64,000 nucleotides of DNA from Endomicrobiales bacterium (GCA_963796955.1 CAWCNJ010000004.1:288001-352000); one strand, 5' to 3'; positions 9,680 through 19,161 are shown, numbered from the stretch's first letter. Numbers and translations: made by a program. The notes: generated by a model not told the origin, from the letters alone.

Positions 9680-10253
9680 CATAAAACTCATAGGGGCCGC
9701 TCTTCTTGCAGGCGTGTTGCTCGCGTCATGCGCTACACAATCGGTCGTGCTAAAACCGAATTACGATTTCTCAAAGATCAAGAAGGTGGCTGTGCTGGAA
9801 TTCAGGGATGCGCCGTATGTCCCGAATTCAGGCGCCATGGTCTCTCAATTATTCATAAAACATTTGCTGAGCGCGGGCTATAATGTCATCGAGCGTGACG
9901 AATTGCAGGCCCTGTTAAGAGAACGCCAAATGACGATGCAGGGCATTATCGAGAGCCCCAGCGAAGCCAAGGAGTTCGGTAAGATATCCGGTATCGATGC
10001 CTTTGTGGTAGGTTCCATTACCCAATGCGTGCCGCCTCAGGATATTTTTGAAGGCGGCGGCATGACCAGATACATCGCTTCTCAGGTCGGGATGGTATGC
10101 CGCATGGTCAGTGTGGATACCGGCGAGATCCTTTGGGCGGGCTCAGATACGTACGATTCCATGAATATGCAGACGGCGTTTGATTACCTGATCTATTCAT
10201 TGGTGCATGAGCTGGTTTCTGACATAAGGGAAGCAACGCCAGCGGTTAAATAG
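9669..10253 (+). CDS. Lipoprotein, CsgG/HfaB/TolB-N-like fold
   Basis: Lipobox LASC; KVAVLEF, YNVIERDELQALLRE, RMVSVDTGEILW. Confidence 0.75.
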   Translation: MINNIKLIGAALLAGVLLASCATQSVVLKPNYDFSKIKKVAVLEFRDAPYVPNSGAMVSQLFIKHLLSAGYNVIERDELQALLRERQMTMQGIIESPSEAKEFGKISGIDAFVVGSITQCVPPQDIFEGGGMTRYIASQVGMVCRMVSVDTGEILWAGSDTYDSMNMQTAFDYLIYSLVHELVSDIREATPAVK

Positions 10254-10262
10254 CCTGAAGAC

Positions 10263-10317
10263 AAAAAATATGACGGCCGCGTATACCTGGGGGAGAAGTA
10301 CCGTTTGGCCGTCATAT
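10263..10317 (-). terminator. Intrinsic terminator of the Spy-like gene (possibly bidirectional)
   Basis: 11-bp stem ATATGACGGCC/GGCCGTCATAT followed by a T-run on the minus strand, between convergent genes. Confidence 0.7.
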
Positions 10318-10338
10318 ATTTGTAGCAAATTTTAAAGT

Positions 10339-10800
10339 TTATTTATCTTTATCTTCGTCGCCGTGCCTGTGTTCCTTCATTTTCTTTTCCATCTTCTCGG
10401 CACGCTCCTTCTGCAATGTATCGAATTTAGCCGCCTGGTCCGGTGTAAGGATGGCTTTTATCTTCGCATCCTGCGCATCCATTCTGGCCTTCATATCGGC
10501 GCGCATCTTTTCCATCTCGGCCTTTCTTTCCTCACGTTTCTTGTCCATCTCCGGCTTCATGGCCGCCGCGTCTTCTTTCAAGATCGTTTCCAGCTTTGTT
10601 TTCTGCTCAGCCGTCAGGTCAAGCTTCTTTGAAAGGTTCTCAACCCTTTTGGCCTGCCAGTTCTCAGCTTTGTCATCCTTGTCTTTGCTATCGCCGTAAC
10701 AGGCGCAATCCTTGCCGCACTGCTTGTCGCCCGCCACTGCCACACCGCAGACCTGAGCCGCCAACGCACACGCAAACCCCAATACTAGCGCCTTTTTCAT
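10339..10800 (-). CDS. Periplasmic Spy/CpxP-like protein
   Basis: Signal peptide; two LTxxQ motifs (LDLTAEQK, ILTPDQ); GGAGG RBS. Confidence 0.8.
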   Translation of the reverse strand: MKKALVLGFACALAAQVCGVAVAGDKQCGKDCACYGDSKDKDDKAENWQAKRVENLSKKLDLTAEQKTKLETILKEDAAAMKPEMDKKREERKAEMEKMRADMKARMDAQDAKIKAILTPDQAAKFDTLQKERAEKMEKKMKEHRHGDEDKDK

Positions 10801-10839
10801 GGACAACCTCCTATGGTATTTCCGGCTTCCTTCTATTGG

Positions 10840-10869
10840 TTAGACATCCGGGGCCTTGAAAAGGTTTCA
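10840..10869 (-). promoter_or_regulatory. ECF sigma promoter copy 2 (TGAAAC-N18-GTCTAA)
   Basis: Minus strand reads TGAAACcttttcaaggccccggatGTCTAA, upstream of the Spy-like gene. Confidence 0.8.
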
Positions 10870-10978
10870 ATATAACTATATCCCGCCGCGTTAAATTAGT
10901 ATAATACTTACTAGGATTATCGCAAGTTATTTTTATATTATTAATTGCTGAAATCGTAAAAACGCTGACATTAAGGCC

Positions 10979-12166
10979 ATGACCAACAACAAAAATTTCT
11001 TTTATATCTCTATCATCGGTTTCTTTGGTATCTTTTCGACTACCATATCCAAGAACCCGGTTCTACCGTTGTTCGTTCATGCGATGAACGGCAGCGACTC
11101 ATTGCTTGGGATCATATCCGCGATCTCGCCTTTTGCCGGCATCTGCCTGAGCTTTCCGGTCGGATATTATTCCGACATCCTCGGGCGAAGAAAATTACTG
11201 TTGATCTCAGCATCCTTTTTTCTTGTGATACCGTTATTGTATCTGGTGATCAACAGCCCCGCCTGGCTGATACCGATCCGTTTCCTTCACGGTTTTGCGA
11301 CCGCGATCCTCAATCCCGTCGGTCTTGCGATAATCATGGCGGGCTACCCCGACAGCAAGGGCGTCAAACTGGGCACCTATTCTTCTATCACGCTTGTCGG
11401 CCGTACTATCGCGCCCGCGCTCGGCGGTTACATCATAGGGAACTGTTTCGCCTTTGGAGGCCTGTGGAATTATAAACTTGTTTACGCCGCCGCCTTCATA
11501 GCAGCACTGCCGGTTATCGCGGGAGCCATCCTTTATAAAGATCCGCCCGCAAAAGTCGAAATGAAGAAGCCGACGTTCAGCGGATTGCGTACCTCATTCA
11601 AGGAGGTCTTCGCCGACCTTCGCCTGCTTTCCACGGGCGTGGCAGAACTTGCCACCTATTTCGCATTCGGTGTTACAGAGACATTCGTCCCTGTCTACGC
11701 CATGCATCTCGGCATAAGCGCCGCCAAGATCGGCATAATCTTTTCACTGCAAATATTGTCCATCGCCATAACCAAGCCTTTCTTCGGCAAACTCGCCGAC
11801 CGCATAGATAAACGCGTGCAGATACTCGCGGGCCTTGCCTTCCTGGGAGTATCCATCGGTATATTGCCCTACTTCAATAACTATTACGCCCTTACGGTAG
11901 TCAGCGTTCTATTTGGTGTAGGGATGTCATTTTGCACGGTAGCCACCACAACCTACGCCGCCGAAACCGCCAAAAAAGAAACGCTGGGCGCCGCCGTCGG
12001 CGCACTCAGCTCCATAATGGACATAGGCCACTCCAGCGGCCCCTTCATCGCCGGCATCGTGATCACCGCCCTGAGCCTGAAAGCCGGCTTCCTGACCTGC
12101 GCTGTTCTGTGCGCCGTTGCCTTTGCATTCTTTTTGTCATCAAATTTGACAAGACAATACAAATAG
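10979..12166 (+). CDS. MFS transporter
   Basis: About 12 hydrophobic segments; motif A GYYSDILGRR and GKLADRIDKR. Confidence 0.93.
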   Translation: MTNNKNFFYISIIGFFGIFSTTISKNPVLPLFVHAMNGSDSLLGIISAISPFAGICLSFPVGYYSDILGRRKLLLISASFFLVIPLLYLVINSPAWLIPIRFLHGFATAILNPVGLAIIMAGYPDSKGVKLGTYSSITLVGRTIAPALGGYIIGNCFAFGGLWNYKLVYAAAFIAALPVIAGAILYKDPPAKVEMKKPTFSGLRTSFKEVFADLRLLSTGVAELATYFAFGVTETFVPVYAMHLGISAAKIGIIFSLQILSIAITKPFFGKLADRIDKRVQILAGLAFLGVSIGILPYFNNYYALTVVSVLFGVGMSFCTVATTTYAAETAKKETLGAAVGALSSIMDIGHSSGPFIAGIVITALSLKAGFLTCAVLCAVAFAFFLSSNLTRQYK

Positions 12167-12206
12167 AGTAGTTTATGTGTGTAGATCGAAGTTTGCAGAA
12201 GGGAAA

Positions 12207-12899
12207 ATGAAACGATACAGTATATTTTTCATGTTGATGATCGCAGCCGTTTGCGCACGGGCGGATGTGGTGCGCAAGGTTACGGTAAATGATAATACCG
12301 GTGTTACCGCGGTATACTATAACGGGGATGTTGAATGTGCCCGCGAGGTGTTCGATAAAGACAGCAACCTGGTACGGCGTACCGGCTCTATCCCGGACGG
12401 AGTGGTAAAACAATTTGCGCCGAACGGAACGTTGGTTGGCGAATTCAATTACAAGAACGACCGGAAAAACGGGTCGGTTAAGAAGTTCTCTGAAGGTGGA
12501 AGGCTCCGGCAGGAAATGTCTTACAAGGCCGGCCGCAAGAGCGGTGCTACCAAAGATTATTTTAATAACGGTAATCTCAGCCAGGAATCGATGTATGAGA
12601 ACGGTAAATTGAACGGTGTTACAAAAGTATATACAGCCGACGGAAAATTATTTGAGGAAATTACGTACGCCAATGATGTGCGCGAAGGTCTCTGCACCAC
12701 CTTTTTTGAAAGCGGCCGGCCGGGCGAGGTTTCACTGTACAAGGCCGGGAAAAAAGACGGCATAACAAAAGTCTATTTCGACACTGAACTCCAGCAGCTG
12801 CAATACGCATATACCTATCATGACGGCGAACTGATAAAGACCGTAGAATACAATCCTGATGGTACGCTGAAAGCCGCCCCCGGCATTCCTGCCAGGTAA
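12207..12899 (+). CDS. Exported MORN-variant repeat protein (YwqK-like)
   Basis: Signal peptide; repeated YxxGxxxG..K.Y...G units. Confidence 0.8.
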   Translation: MKRYSIFFMLMIAAVCARADVVRKVTVNDNTGVTAVYYNGDVECAREVFDKDSNLVRRTGSIPDGVVKQFAPNGTLVGEFNYKNDRKNGSVKKFSEGGRLRQEMSYKAGRKSGATKDYFNNGNLSQESMYENGKLNGVTKVYTADGKLFEEITYANDVREGLCTTFFESGRPGEVSLYKAGKKDGITKVYFDTELQQLQYAYTYHDGELIKTVEYNPDGTLKAAPGIPAR

Positions 12900-12922
12900 C
12901 CTGCCGAAACTAGGAATAAACC

Positions 12923-13222
12923 TTGAAAAAACCAGAAACATGCACTACTATTGAAGAAGTTCGCGAACAGATAGACGCGCTGGACGAACAAATAATCGGC
13001 CTGATAGGCAAGCGCGGTGAGTATGTGAAGGCCGCCTCAAGGTTCAAATCTGACGAGGCCGCAGTTCGCGCCCCGGAAAGGGTGCGGGCGTTGCTCCAAT
13101 CGCGCAAGGGGATGGCAGCGCGCGCAGGTCTTGATCCGGATGTGATAGCGAATGTGTACAGATTACTGGTCGACTATTTTATAGACGAAGAGCTGCATCA
13201 CTGGAAGCAGGAGGAAAAGTAG
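12923..13222 (+). CDS. Chorismate mutase type II / isochorismate-pyruvate lyase (PchB-like)
   Basis: IEEVREQIDALDEQII, R..YVKAASRFK, VRAPERV. Confidence 0.85.
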   Translation: MKKPETCTTIEEVREQIDALDEQIIGLIGKRGEYVKAASRFKSDEAAVRAPERVRALLQSRKGMAARAGLDPDVIANVYRLLVDYFIDEELHHWKQEEK

Positions 13223-13699
13223 ATGGAAGGAACAACGGTTGTATTAGAGACGAACCAGGGTATCATTGAAGTGAAGCTTATGCCCGATGTCGCGCCGAAG
13301 GCCAGCGAGAATTTTGAAAAGCTCGCCGCCAAGGGCTATTATAACGGTATTATTTTTCACCGTGTAATAAAAAAATTCATGATCCAGGGCGGGGACCCTA
13401 CCGGCACAGGTACCGGCGGTAAATCGATCTGGGGAAAGCCTTTCAAAGACGAGTTCGTTGAAGACGTGGGTTTTGACCGTCCGGGCCTGCTTGCCATGGC
13501 CAATTCCGGTCCGGGCACCAACGGCAGCCAGTTCTTTATCACCACGCACGAAACACCGTGGCTTAACAACCATCACACCATCTTCGGCGTTGTTACCGAG
13601 GGTATGGATGTGGTGCACAAAATAGAGAACGCGGAGACCGGTTTTAACGACGATCCTCTGGAAGAGCAGAAAATTATTAAAGCGTACGTAAAAAAATAA
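13223..13699 (+). CDS. Cyclophilin-type peptidyl-prolyl isomerase
   Basis: FHRVIKKFMIQGGDPTGTG, AMANSGPGTNGSQFFIT. Confidence 0.96.
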   Translation: MEGTTVVLETNQGIIEVKLMPDVAPKASENFEKLAAKGYYNGIIFHRVIKKFMIQGGDPTGTGTGGKSIWGKPFKDEFVEDVGFDRPGLLAMANSGPGTNGSQFFITTHETPWLNNHHTIFGVVTEGMDVVHKIENAETGFNDDPLEEQKIIKAYVKK

Positions 13700-13711
13700 G
13701 CCGCAACAATT

Positions 13712-14590
13712 ATGCTTGAATACAGAGGAACGGTTATCAGGCCGCCGAGCGAGGCGGAGAGCGTTATAATCCAGGTAACACTGGGCTGTTCCGACAACGG
13801 GTGCGTTTTCTGCCCGGCATTCAAAGAAAAGACATTCTCAATTAAACCTGTTGAACGTATCGAACAGGATATAAAGACCGCCGCGCGATGGTATCCCGCC
13901 GCACGGCGGCTTTTCTTTGCCGACGGGGATGCTCTTATCCTGCCCCAGCATCACCTAGTCCGCGCGCTGGAAGTGGCGCAGCAGTACTTTCCAAAGCTTG
14001 CCAGGGTAGGTATCTATGGCTCCATTAAAAGCGTTGAACGTAAAACTATTCATGAATTGCAAAAGCTTAAAAGCCTGAAACTGGGAATAATATATCTTGG
14101 TTTTGAGACCGGCTCGGATGAAGTGTATCAGCGGATCGGGAAATACGGTTCGCCCCAGGGAAATGTTGACGCCTGCAGAAAAGTAAAAGAAGCCGGCATT
14201 CGCACCAATGTTTCAGTGATCCTCGGTCTGGGGGGGAAGGAGTTAACTTCTCAAAACGCGGAGTATACCGGCCGGATGCTGAACCTGGCCGGTCCTGATC
14301 AGATAGCCGCCTTAACGCTGATGATAGCGCCGAACACGCCGCTATTTGAGCAACGCGCCGCGGGTTCGTTCGTTGAGATGGATGAATTCGCCATGCTTCA
14401 AGAGCTGCGCAGCCTGATACTGCACATGAACGATTTTCGCTGCCAATTCTTCGCTAACCACGCTTCTAACTACTACCCGATAGCCGCACGATTCCCTGCT
14501 GATAAACCCGCTGTGTTGAACGTGCTCGCCGATATTATCGGGCGCAGGGACCAGTCGCGGCTGCGCCCGGATAACATACGGGCGCTGTAA
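13712..14590 (+). CDS. Radical SAM protein of unknown function
   Basis: RPPSEA..IIQVTLGCSDNGCVFC cluster motif, FFADGDAL, GFETG, NHASNY. Confidence 0.88.
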   Translation: MLEYRGTVIRPPSEAESVIIQVTLGCSDNGCVFCPAFKEKTFSIKPVERIEQDIKTAARWYPAARRLFFADGDALILPQHHLVRALEVAQQYFPKLARVGIYGSIKSVERKTIHELQKLKSLKLGIIYLGFETGSDEVYQRIGKYGSPQGNVDACRKVKEAGIRTNVSVILGLGGKELTSQNAEYTGRMLNLAGPDQIAALTLMIAPNTPLFEQRAAGSFVEMDEFAMLQELRSLILHMNDFRCQFFANHASNYYPIAARFPADKPAVLNVLADIIGRRDQSRLRPDNIRAL

Positions 14591-14595
14591 TGCTT

Positions 14596-16737
14596 TCAAT
14601 CCTTTAATTCTTCCACCTGTATGGTCGTTCCCTGCATTAAAACATGCTGCGCCGCATTGTTGGTGCTGATTATGCGATACCCCGCAGCAATGGGCAGTTT
14701 CTTCTTACCCGTGGACGCGATAACCAGCGTAGGCTGCACCGATAATAGAAAATCATCATCAAGTGCGACCTTCCCATGGGCCGGCAGGGTCATTATATCG
14801 CACTTCAGTCCGGAAGCCGCCAAAACAGCCAGTCCCTTCTGGGCTCTTTTGCTTATATCGCCGCAAAACAGCATTGAACCTTGCGGTGTTGTTATACTGG
14901 TCGTCAAAGAAGTTCGCTCTCTCTTACCTGAAACCTCAGTTACCTGCCATATTTTTACCGTGATGCTGTCTTCGCCGATCTCATAATACGCGGCTGGCCG
15001 AACGATCTTTGTTTTGCCGTTCGTATCTATCTTGATGCCGTTCGGCAGTATCGCCCGTCGAGGCGAGAAATTGTCGATCACTTTCAACAACCCGCCCGTG
15101 CGGTCATGGCCGGTGCCTGTTACGATAACGGTATCCAGGCCTGCGATGCCCTTATGCCACAAATATTCGCTGACCGCATCTTCCTTAGCCATCCTGCCCC
15201 CAAGGCCGGCATCTATAAGCCAGTACGTGCCGTTCGGCATGGAAAGCACCATAGCATCGGCGCTGCCAAGGCGGAGCGCGGCTATCTCAACCGCCTGCTG
15301 CTGTTTTGCCATGGGCAAATGGTTCCCCAGTAAGCCGAATGCTGCAAGCATCATCCCCAGGGAACCGGCGATCCAGCGGATCCTTACTTTGCTGTGAAAA
15401 ATTCCCCACAGCGCGATATAATAGCCTGTTAAAGTCAATGGTGAGGGCGTTGGTACGCGGATCGATGAATGCGGCAGGCCTGCGAAAAAAATAACGATAG
15501 CGTTTTGGATGTGCACCAGCCAGTAATTAACAAAAGTTGAAAGGGGTAAAAGCACCGGCGCTATCTTAAATACACCGTAATGCACTATTCCGGTTATGGT
15601 GATTATTCCTGCAAGCGGTACTACCAGCAGGTTGCAAAATATCCCGGCTATAGATATGCGGTTGAAAGTATAGGCTATTATCGGGCTGACAGCCAGCTGG
15701 GAAGAAATGGTAACGGCTGCTACCTCCACGATGCTTAAAGGTATCGTGGGCAAGCGGGAGAATGGCTTTATGATCGGTCTGTAAAAATACAAGATGCCTG
15801 CGGTAGCGCCGTAAGAAAGCAGGAAGCTCGGCGTAAATATAGACTGCGGGTTGATATATATCACCACCAGTACTGAGGCAGCCATCGCGTTATATACCTC
15901 GCTTTCTCTCTCCAGCGACATGGCGATAACGATCATAATAGCCATAATGCTTGCGCGCACTACCGGAGGATTGGCTCCTGTAGCGAGTGTATAAAGGATA
16001 ATAAAAGGTATGGTAAGTAGTTGCGCTGTTTTCAGAGGCATGTTAAAAACTTTGAAGATAAACACTATGACAAGTATCACGTAGGCGACGTTCATGCCGC
16101 TGACGACCAGCAGGTGCGTTGTGCCTGAGTCGCGGTATGCCGATTTTATGTAATCTGTCAATTGCGAAGCGTCGCCGATGACCATGGGCGCAAGCACGGA
16201 GGCTTCCTGTTGAGGAAGTGTCGAATAATAACTGTCCGTAATGTCAAAGAACATTTTGTCGGCCCATCTGCGCAAGAAAGGCTGCGCAGTATGACCGCTT
16301 ATAACAGCTGAATTCGTATACATGCTGCCATAAATACCCTGGCGGCGAAGGTAGAGGTTGTAGTCGAAGCTGCCCGGGTTCTTCGGCACTTTAGGTTTTG
16401 TGATCCGGCCTCTAAGTTCTACTATGTCGCCCCGCTGAAGCTCCGGGTCTGCATGGAAAAGGGATATTATAAGTGCGCCTGTAACCGGCTTGCCGTCTAC
16501 CAGAGAGGCAGCGAGGGGAAATTGTGTCTTGTTGTTACGCAGCGAAGGAATGTCGTCGACTATCCCTGTTACCGTTACGTCGTCATGACTCGCGAAATTA
16601 GATACATCTCCGGTTTTTGGGGAAACAAAAAAACCGGCATGGTCCGCGATTATAATTCCCGCGCAGGCCATGCCGGCTATAAGTATTAGAAAGTATTGTC
16701 TTAAAAAACCGACAAAGCTTCTCAATGGTATCCCCAA
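14596..16737 (-). CDS. comEC: ComEC/Rec2 competence protein (start uncertain)
   Basis: OB domain with NPGSFDY, HLLVVSGMNV, PPVVRASIM, SFLLSY; degenerate C-terminal MBL-like domain. Confidence 0.9.
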   Translation of the reverse strand: MGIPLRSFVGFLRQYFLILIAGMACAGIIIADHAGFFVSPKTGDVSNFASHDDVTVTGIVDDIPSLRNNKTQFPLAASLVDGKPVTGALIISLFHADPELQRGDIVELRGRITKPKVPKNPGSFDYNLYLRRQGIYGSMYTNSAVISGHTAQPFLRRWADKMFFDITDSYYSTLPQQEASVLAPMVIGDASQLTDYIKSAYRDSGTTHLLVVSGMNVAYVILVIVFIFKVFNMPLKTAQLLTIPFIILYTLATGANPPVVRASIMAIMIVIAMSLERESEVYNAMAASVLVVIYINPQSIFTPSFLLSYGATAGILYFYRPIIKPFSRLPTIPLSIVEVAAVTISSQLAVSPIIAYTFNRISIAGIFCNLLVVPLAGIITITGIVHYGVFKIAPVLLPLSTFVNYWLVHIQNAIVIFFAGLPHSSIRVPTPSPLTLTGYYIALWGIFHSKVRIRWIAGSLGMMLAAFGLLGNHLPMAKQQQAVEIAALRLGSADAMVLSMPNGTYWLIDAGLGGRMAKEDAVSEYLWHKGIAGLDTVIVTGTGHDRTGGLLKVIDNFSPRRAILPNGIKIDTNGKTKIVRPAAYYEIGEDSITVKIWQVTEVSGKRERTSLTTSITTPQGSMLFCGDISKRAQKGLAVLAASGLKCDIMTLPAHGKVALDDDFLLSVQPTLVIASTGKKKLPIAAGYRIISTNNAAQHVLMQGTTIQVEELKD

Positions 16738-16776
16738 AAAAATAGACGACGCACAGAGTGATCCGCGCGCCGTCTA
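16736..16776 (-). terminator. Intrinsic terminator downstream of rplA
   Basis: 15-bp stem with GU pairs (TAGACGGCGCGCGGA/TCTGTGCGTCGTCTA), 4-nt loop, T7 tract. Confidence 0.8.
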
Positions 16777-16802
16777 ATAGTATCGTAACACAGCAAAGTC
16801 AA

Positions 16803-16881
16803 TTTTGATCCGGATGCAAGGCGCGACGAGTGTAGTGTGCTAGTGCACATAAGCGAGAAGCAACGCAGCAGCCGGACAAAA
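16803..16881. repeat. Imperfect palindromic (REP-like) element
   Basis: Terminal arms TTTTGATCCGGATGC...GCAGCCGGACAAAA around an inner TGTGC...GCACA palindrome. Confidence 0.55.
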
Positions 16882-16890
16882 GTGCCTTTG

Positions 16891-17574
16891 CTAAAATTCC
16901 TGCGATGGATCCAAGCGGATGCCGGGCCCCATTGTGGAGGACATGGAAACGCTCTTAACGTACTGTCCCTTGGAGGCGGCAGGTTTCGCTTTTATCAAAG
17001 TTTCCATAAGGGTCTTGGCGTTATCGCGCAGCTTGTCGGCGGTGAAAGATGCTTTGCCTATGGAGCAATGCACAATGCCGTAGCTGTCGCATTTATATTC
17101 GATACGGCCGAGTTTAAGTTCTTTTACTGCTTTGGCAACGTCAACGGTAACGGTACCGGCTTTAGGGTTCGGCATCAATCCCTTGGGACCAAGTACTTTA
17201 CCGAGCTTGGTAAGGTTCTTCATGGTGTCCGGCGTGGCCACAAGCACATCGAAATCAAGCCAGCCTTTGCTGATCTTTTCGATCAGGTCATCTGAACCGG
17301 CAACGGATGCGCCGGCAGCTTCCGCTTCTTTTATTTTGTCGCCGTTGGCGATAACCGCTACACGCAGGGTTTTTCCCGTGCCGTGCGGCAGGCTTACCGT
17401 ACCGCGCACCATCTGGTCGCTTTGTTTCGGGTCAACGCCCAGGCGGATATGCAATTCTATCGTTTCGTCGAACTTCGCCTTCGCGGTCTGCTTGACCAGG
17501 CCGACAGCATCGTTCAACACGTACAACTTCATTTTGTCTACCAGTTTTGCTGTTTCATTAAGTCTTTTGCTCAC
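16891..17574 (-). CDS. rplA: 50S ribosomal protein L1
   Basis: [40 protein letters not shown]. Confidence 0.99.
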   Translation of the reverse strand: MSKRLNETAKLVDKMKLYVLNDAVGLVKQTAKAKFDETIELHIRLGVDPKQSDQMVRGTVSLPHGTGKTLRVAVIANGDKIKEAEAAGASVAGSDDLIEKISKGWLDFDVLVATPDTMKNLTKLGKVLGPKGLMPNPKAGTVTVDVAKAVKELKLGRIEYKCDSYGIVHCSIGKASFTADKLRDNAKTLMETLIKAKPAASKGQYVKSVSMSSTMGPGIRLDPSQEF

Positions 17575-17588
17575 GTTAAATCCTCCGA

Positions 17589-17623
17589 GTGGTATTCGCG
17601 TCTCTATTTAAAGAGGCTCCCAC
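17589..17623 (-). promoter_or_regulatory. L1-binding autoregulatory RNA site upstream of rplA
   Basis: GTGGGAG-hairpin-GAATACCAC just before the GGAGG RBS. Confidence 0.7.
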
Positions 17624-17629
17624 TATATT

Positions 17630-18061
17630 TTATTTTACTACTTCAATGCCCATGCTGCGGGCGGTGCCTTCGACCATAAGTTTTGCGCCTTCGATATTAA
17701 CAGCGTTAAGGTCGGGCATCTTGGCCTTAGCTATTTCTTCAACCTGTTTGGCTGTTATCTTGCCGACCTTGTTCTTGTTCGGCTGGCCGGAAGCTTTGGC
17801 CACCGCGGCGGCTTTCTTAATAAGGGAGGCGACAGGGGGCATCTTTGTGATGAACGTGAACGATCTATCGTCGTAAACAGTGATAACGACCGGTATGGTC
17901 ATGCCCTGTTCAGACTTCGCCGTGCGGGCGTTGAACTGCTTACAGAAATCCATAATATTAACGCCCTGCTGGCCGAGCGCCGGACCCACTGGCGGGGCTG
18001 GGTTAGCCTGGCCTGCCGGGATCTGAAGCTTTAACATGCCTTTTACTTTTTTTGCTGCCAT
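17630..18061 (-). CDS. rplK: 50S ribosomal protein L11
   Basis: [31 protein letters not shown]. Confidence 0.99.
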   Translation of the reverse strand: MAAKKVKGMLKLQIPAGQANPAPPVGPALGQQGVNIMDFCKQFNARTAKSEQGMTIPVVITVYDDRSFTFITKMPPVASLIKKAAAVAKASGQPNKNKVGKITAKQVEEIAKAKMPDLNAVNIEGAKLMVEGTARSMGIEVVK

Positions 18062-18075
18062 TTTGGTTTCTCCTT

Positions 18076-18104
18076 ACGGTTTTAGCGCCGAAGTCGGCTC
18101 CCGT
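18076..18104 (-). promoter_or_regulatory. L1-binding-like RNA site upstream of rplK
   Basis: ACGGGAG-CCGAC/TTCGG hairpin-GCTAAAACCGT just before the AGGAG RBS. Confidence 0.6.
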
Positions 18105-18114
18105 TTATTGTTAT

Positions 18115-18645
18115 TTATATTTTTTCTACTTGCAGATAATCAAGTTCTACCGGTGTCGGGCGGCCGAATATCGTGACCATGACTTTCAGCTTGCCTTTTT
18201 CTTCGTTAACTTCTTCCACCACGCCCACGAAGTGTTTGAACGGCCCTTCAATGATACGCACATTCTCTTCTTTTTCGAAGGTAATGGAGGGGCGCGGCTT
18301 ATGGGCTGAGTCGGGGTTCATATTCTCAAGAAGGTTGGCTACTTCGTCATCAGGCATCGAAACGGGCTTAACGCCGCCCAGGAAGCCTGTTACGCCGGCG
18401 GTGTTGCGCACCAGCCAGTAGGTCTCATTGTCTATGGTCATCTCGGCGAAAACATAGCCGGGGAAAAATTTACGTTTCTTTACGCACTTTTTGTTGCGCT
18501 TTATCTCCACCACTTCTTCGGTCGGCACGGCGATCTGGGAGATCCTGTCATTAAGGCCAAGGTTGGCAATTGCTTTGTCAAGGCTTGACTTAACGCGGTC
18601 TTCATGGCCTGAATACGTATGGACTACATACCACTTATTAGACAT
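18115..18645 (-). CDS. nusG: Transcription factor NusG
   Basis: WYVVHTYSG.E, FFPGYVF, KOW motif, IFGRPTPVEL. Confidence 0.99.
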   Translation of the reverse strand: MSNKWYVVHTYSGHEDRVKSSLDKAIANLGLNDRISQIAVPTEEVVEIKRNKKCVKKRKFFPGYVFAEMTIDNETYWLVRNTAGVTGFLGGVKPVSMPDDEVANLLENMNPDSAHKPRPSITFEKEENVRIIEGPFKHFVGVVEEVNEEKGKLKVMVTIFGRPTPVELDYLQVEKI

Positions 18646-18659
18646 GTTGTTAACCTCGA

Positions 18660-18848
18660 CTAGAGTAAGATGCCCATGATGCGGGAAAGGATAAGGTCTA
18701 CGAAACTGACGAACAGTGCCATGATAGATACAAATATTATGATAACCACTGTCGAAGCGACAACTTCTTTCCTCGAAAGCCAGCTGACTTTTTTCAGCTC
18801 GTTATACGCGTCTTTTAAGAACTCGATAGCCTGATGATACCAGTTCAT
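18660..18848 (-). CDS. secE: Preprotein translocase SecE
   Basis: ELKKVSW..RKE plus one TM helix; between tRNA-Trp and nusG. Confidence 0.96.
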   Translation of the reverse strand: MNWYHQAIEFLKDAYNELKKVSWLSRKEVVASTVVIIIFVSIMALFVSFVDLILSRIMGILL

Positions 18849-18871
18849 GACCCATCCCTTTTCAAAAGTCT

Positions 18872-18946
18872 TGGCGGGAGCAGAAGGATTTGAACCCTCA
18901 AAACCGGTTTTGGAGACCGGAAGTTTACCATTAGCTTATGCTCCCG
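18872..18946 (-). tRNA. tRNA-Trp(CCA)
   Basis: Cloverleaf, anticodon arm CCGGT-CTCCAAA-ACCGG, GGTTCAAATCC, encoded CCA. Confidence 0.96.
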
Positions 18947-18983
18947 TAAACGTCAAACCGATTTCGCCGTTATAATATTGTCG

Positions 18984-19136
18984 TTACTTTGTTTCTTTGT
19001 GCGGCGTGTGCTTTCCGCAATTGCGGCAAAACTTCTTAACTTCAAGCTTCTGGTCGCGCTTCCTGCCGCGGCTGAAGTAGTAGTTACGATTCTTGCATTC
19101 CTGGCACCCCATGGTGATAATAACTCTGTCGCCCAT
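18984..19136 (-). CDS. rpmG: 50S ribosomal protein L33, Zn-ribbon form (not in ORF track)
   Basis: MGDRVIITMGCQECKNRNYYFSRGRKRDQKLEVKKFCRNCGKHTPHKETK, 50 aa. Confidence 0.96.
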   Translation of the reverse strand: MGDRVIITMGCQECKNRNYYFSRGRKRDQKLEVKKFCRNCGKHTPHKETK

Positions 19137-19161
19137 ATTTCGATTCCTTTATATATGTATG

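Noticed and set aside
13712..14590. CxxxxCxxC spacing as a novel radical SAM motif or RiPP maturase
   Set aside because: This spacing is usual in the RPPSEA-type family, and there is no precursor peptide or SPASM domain.
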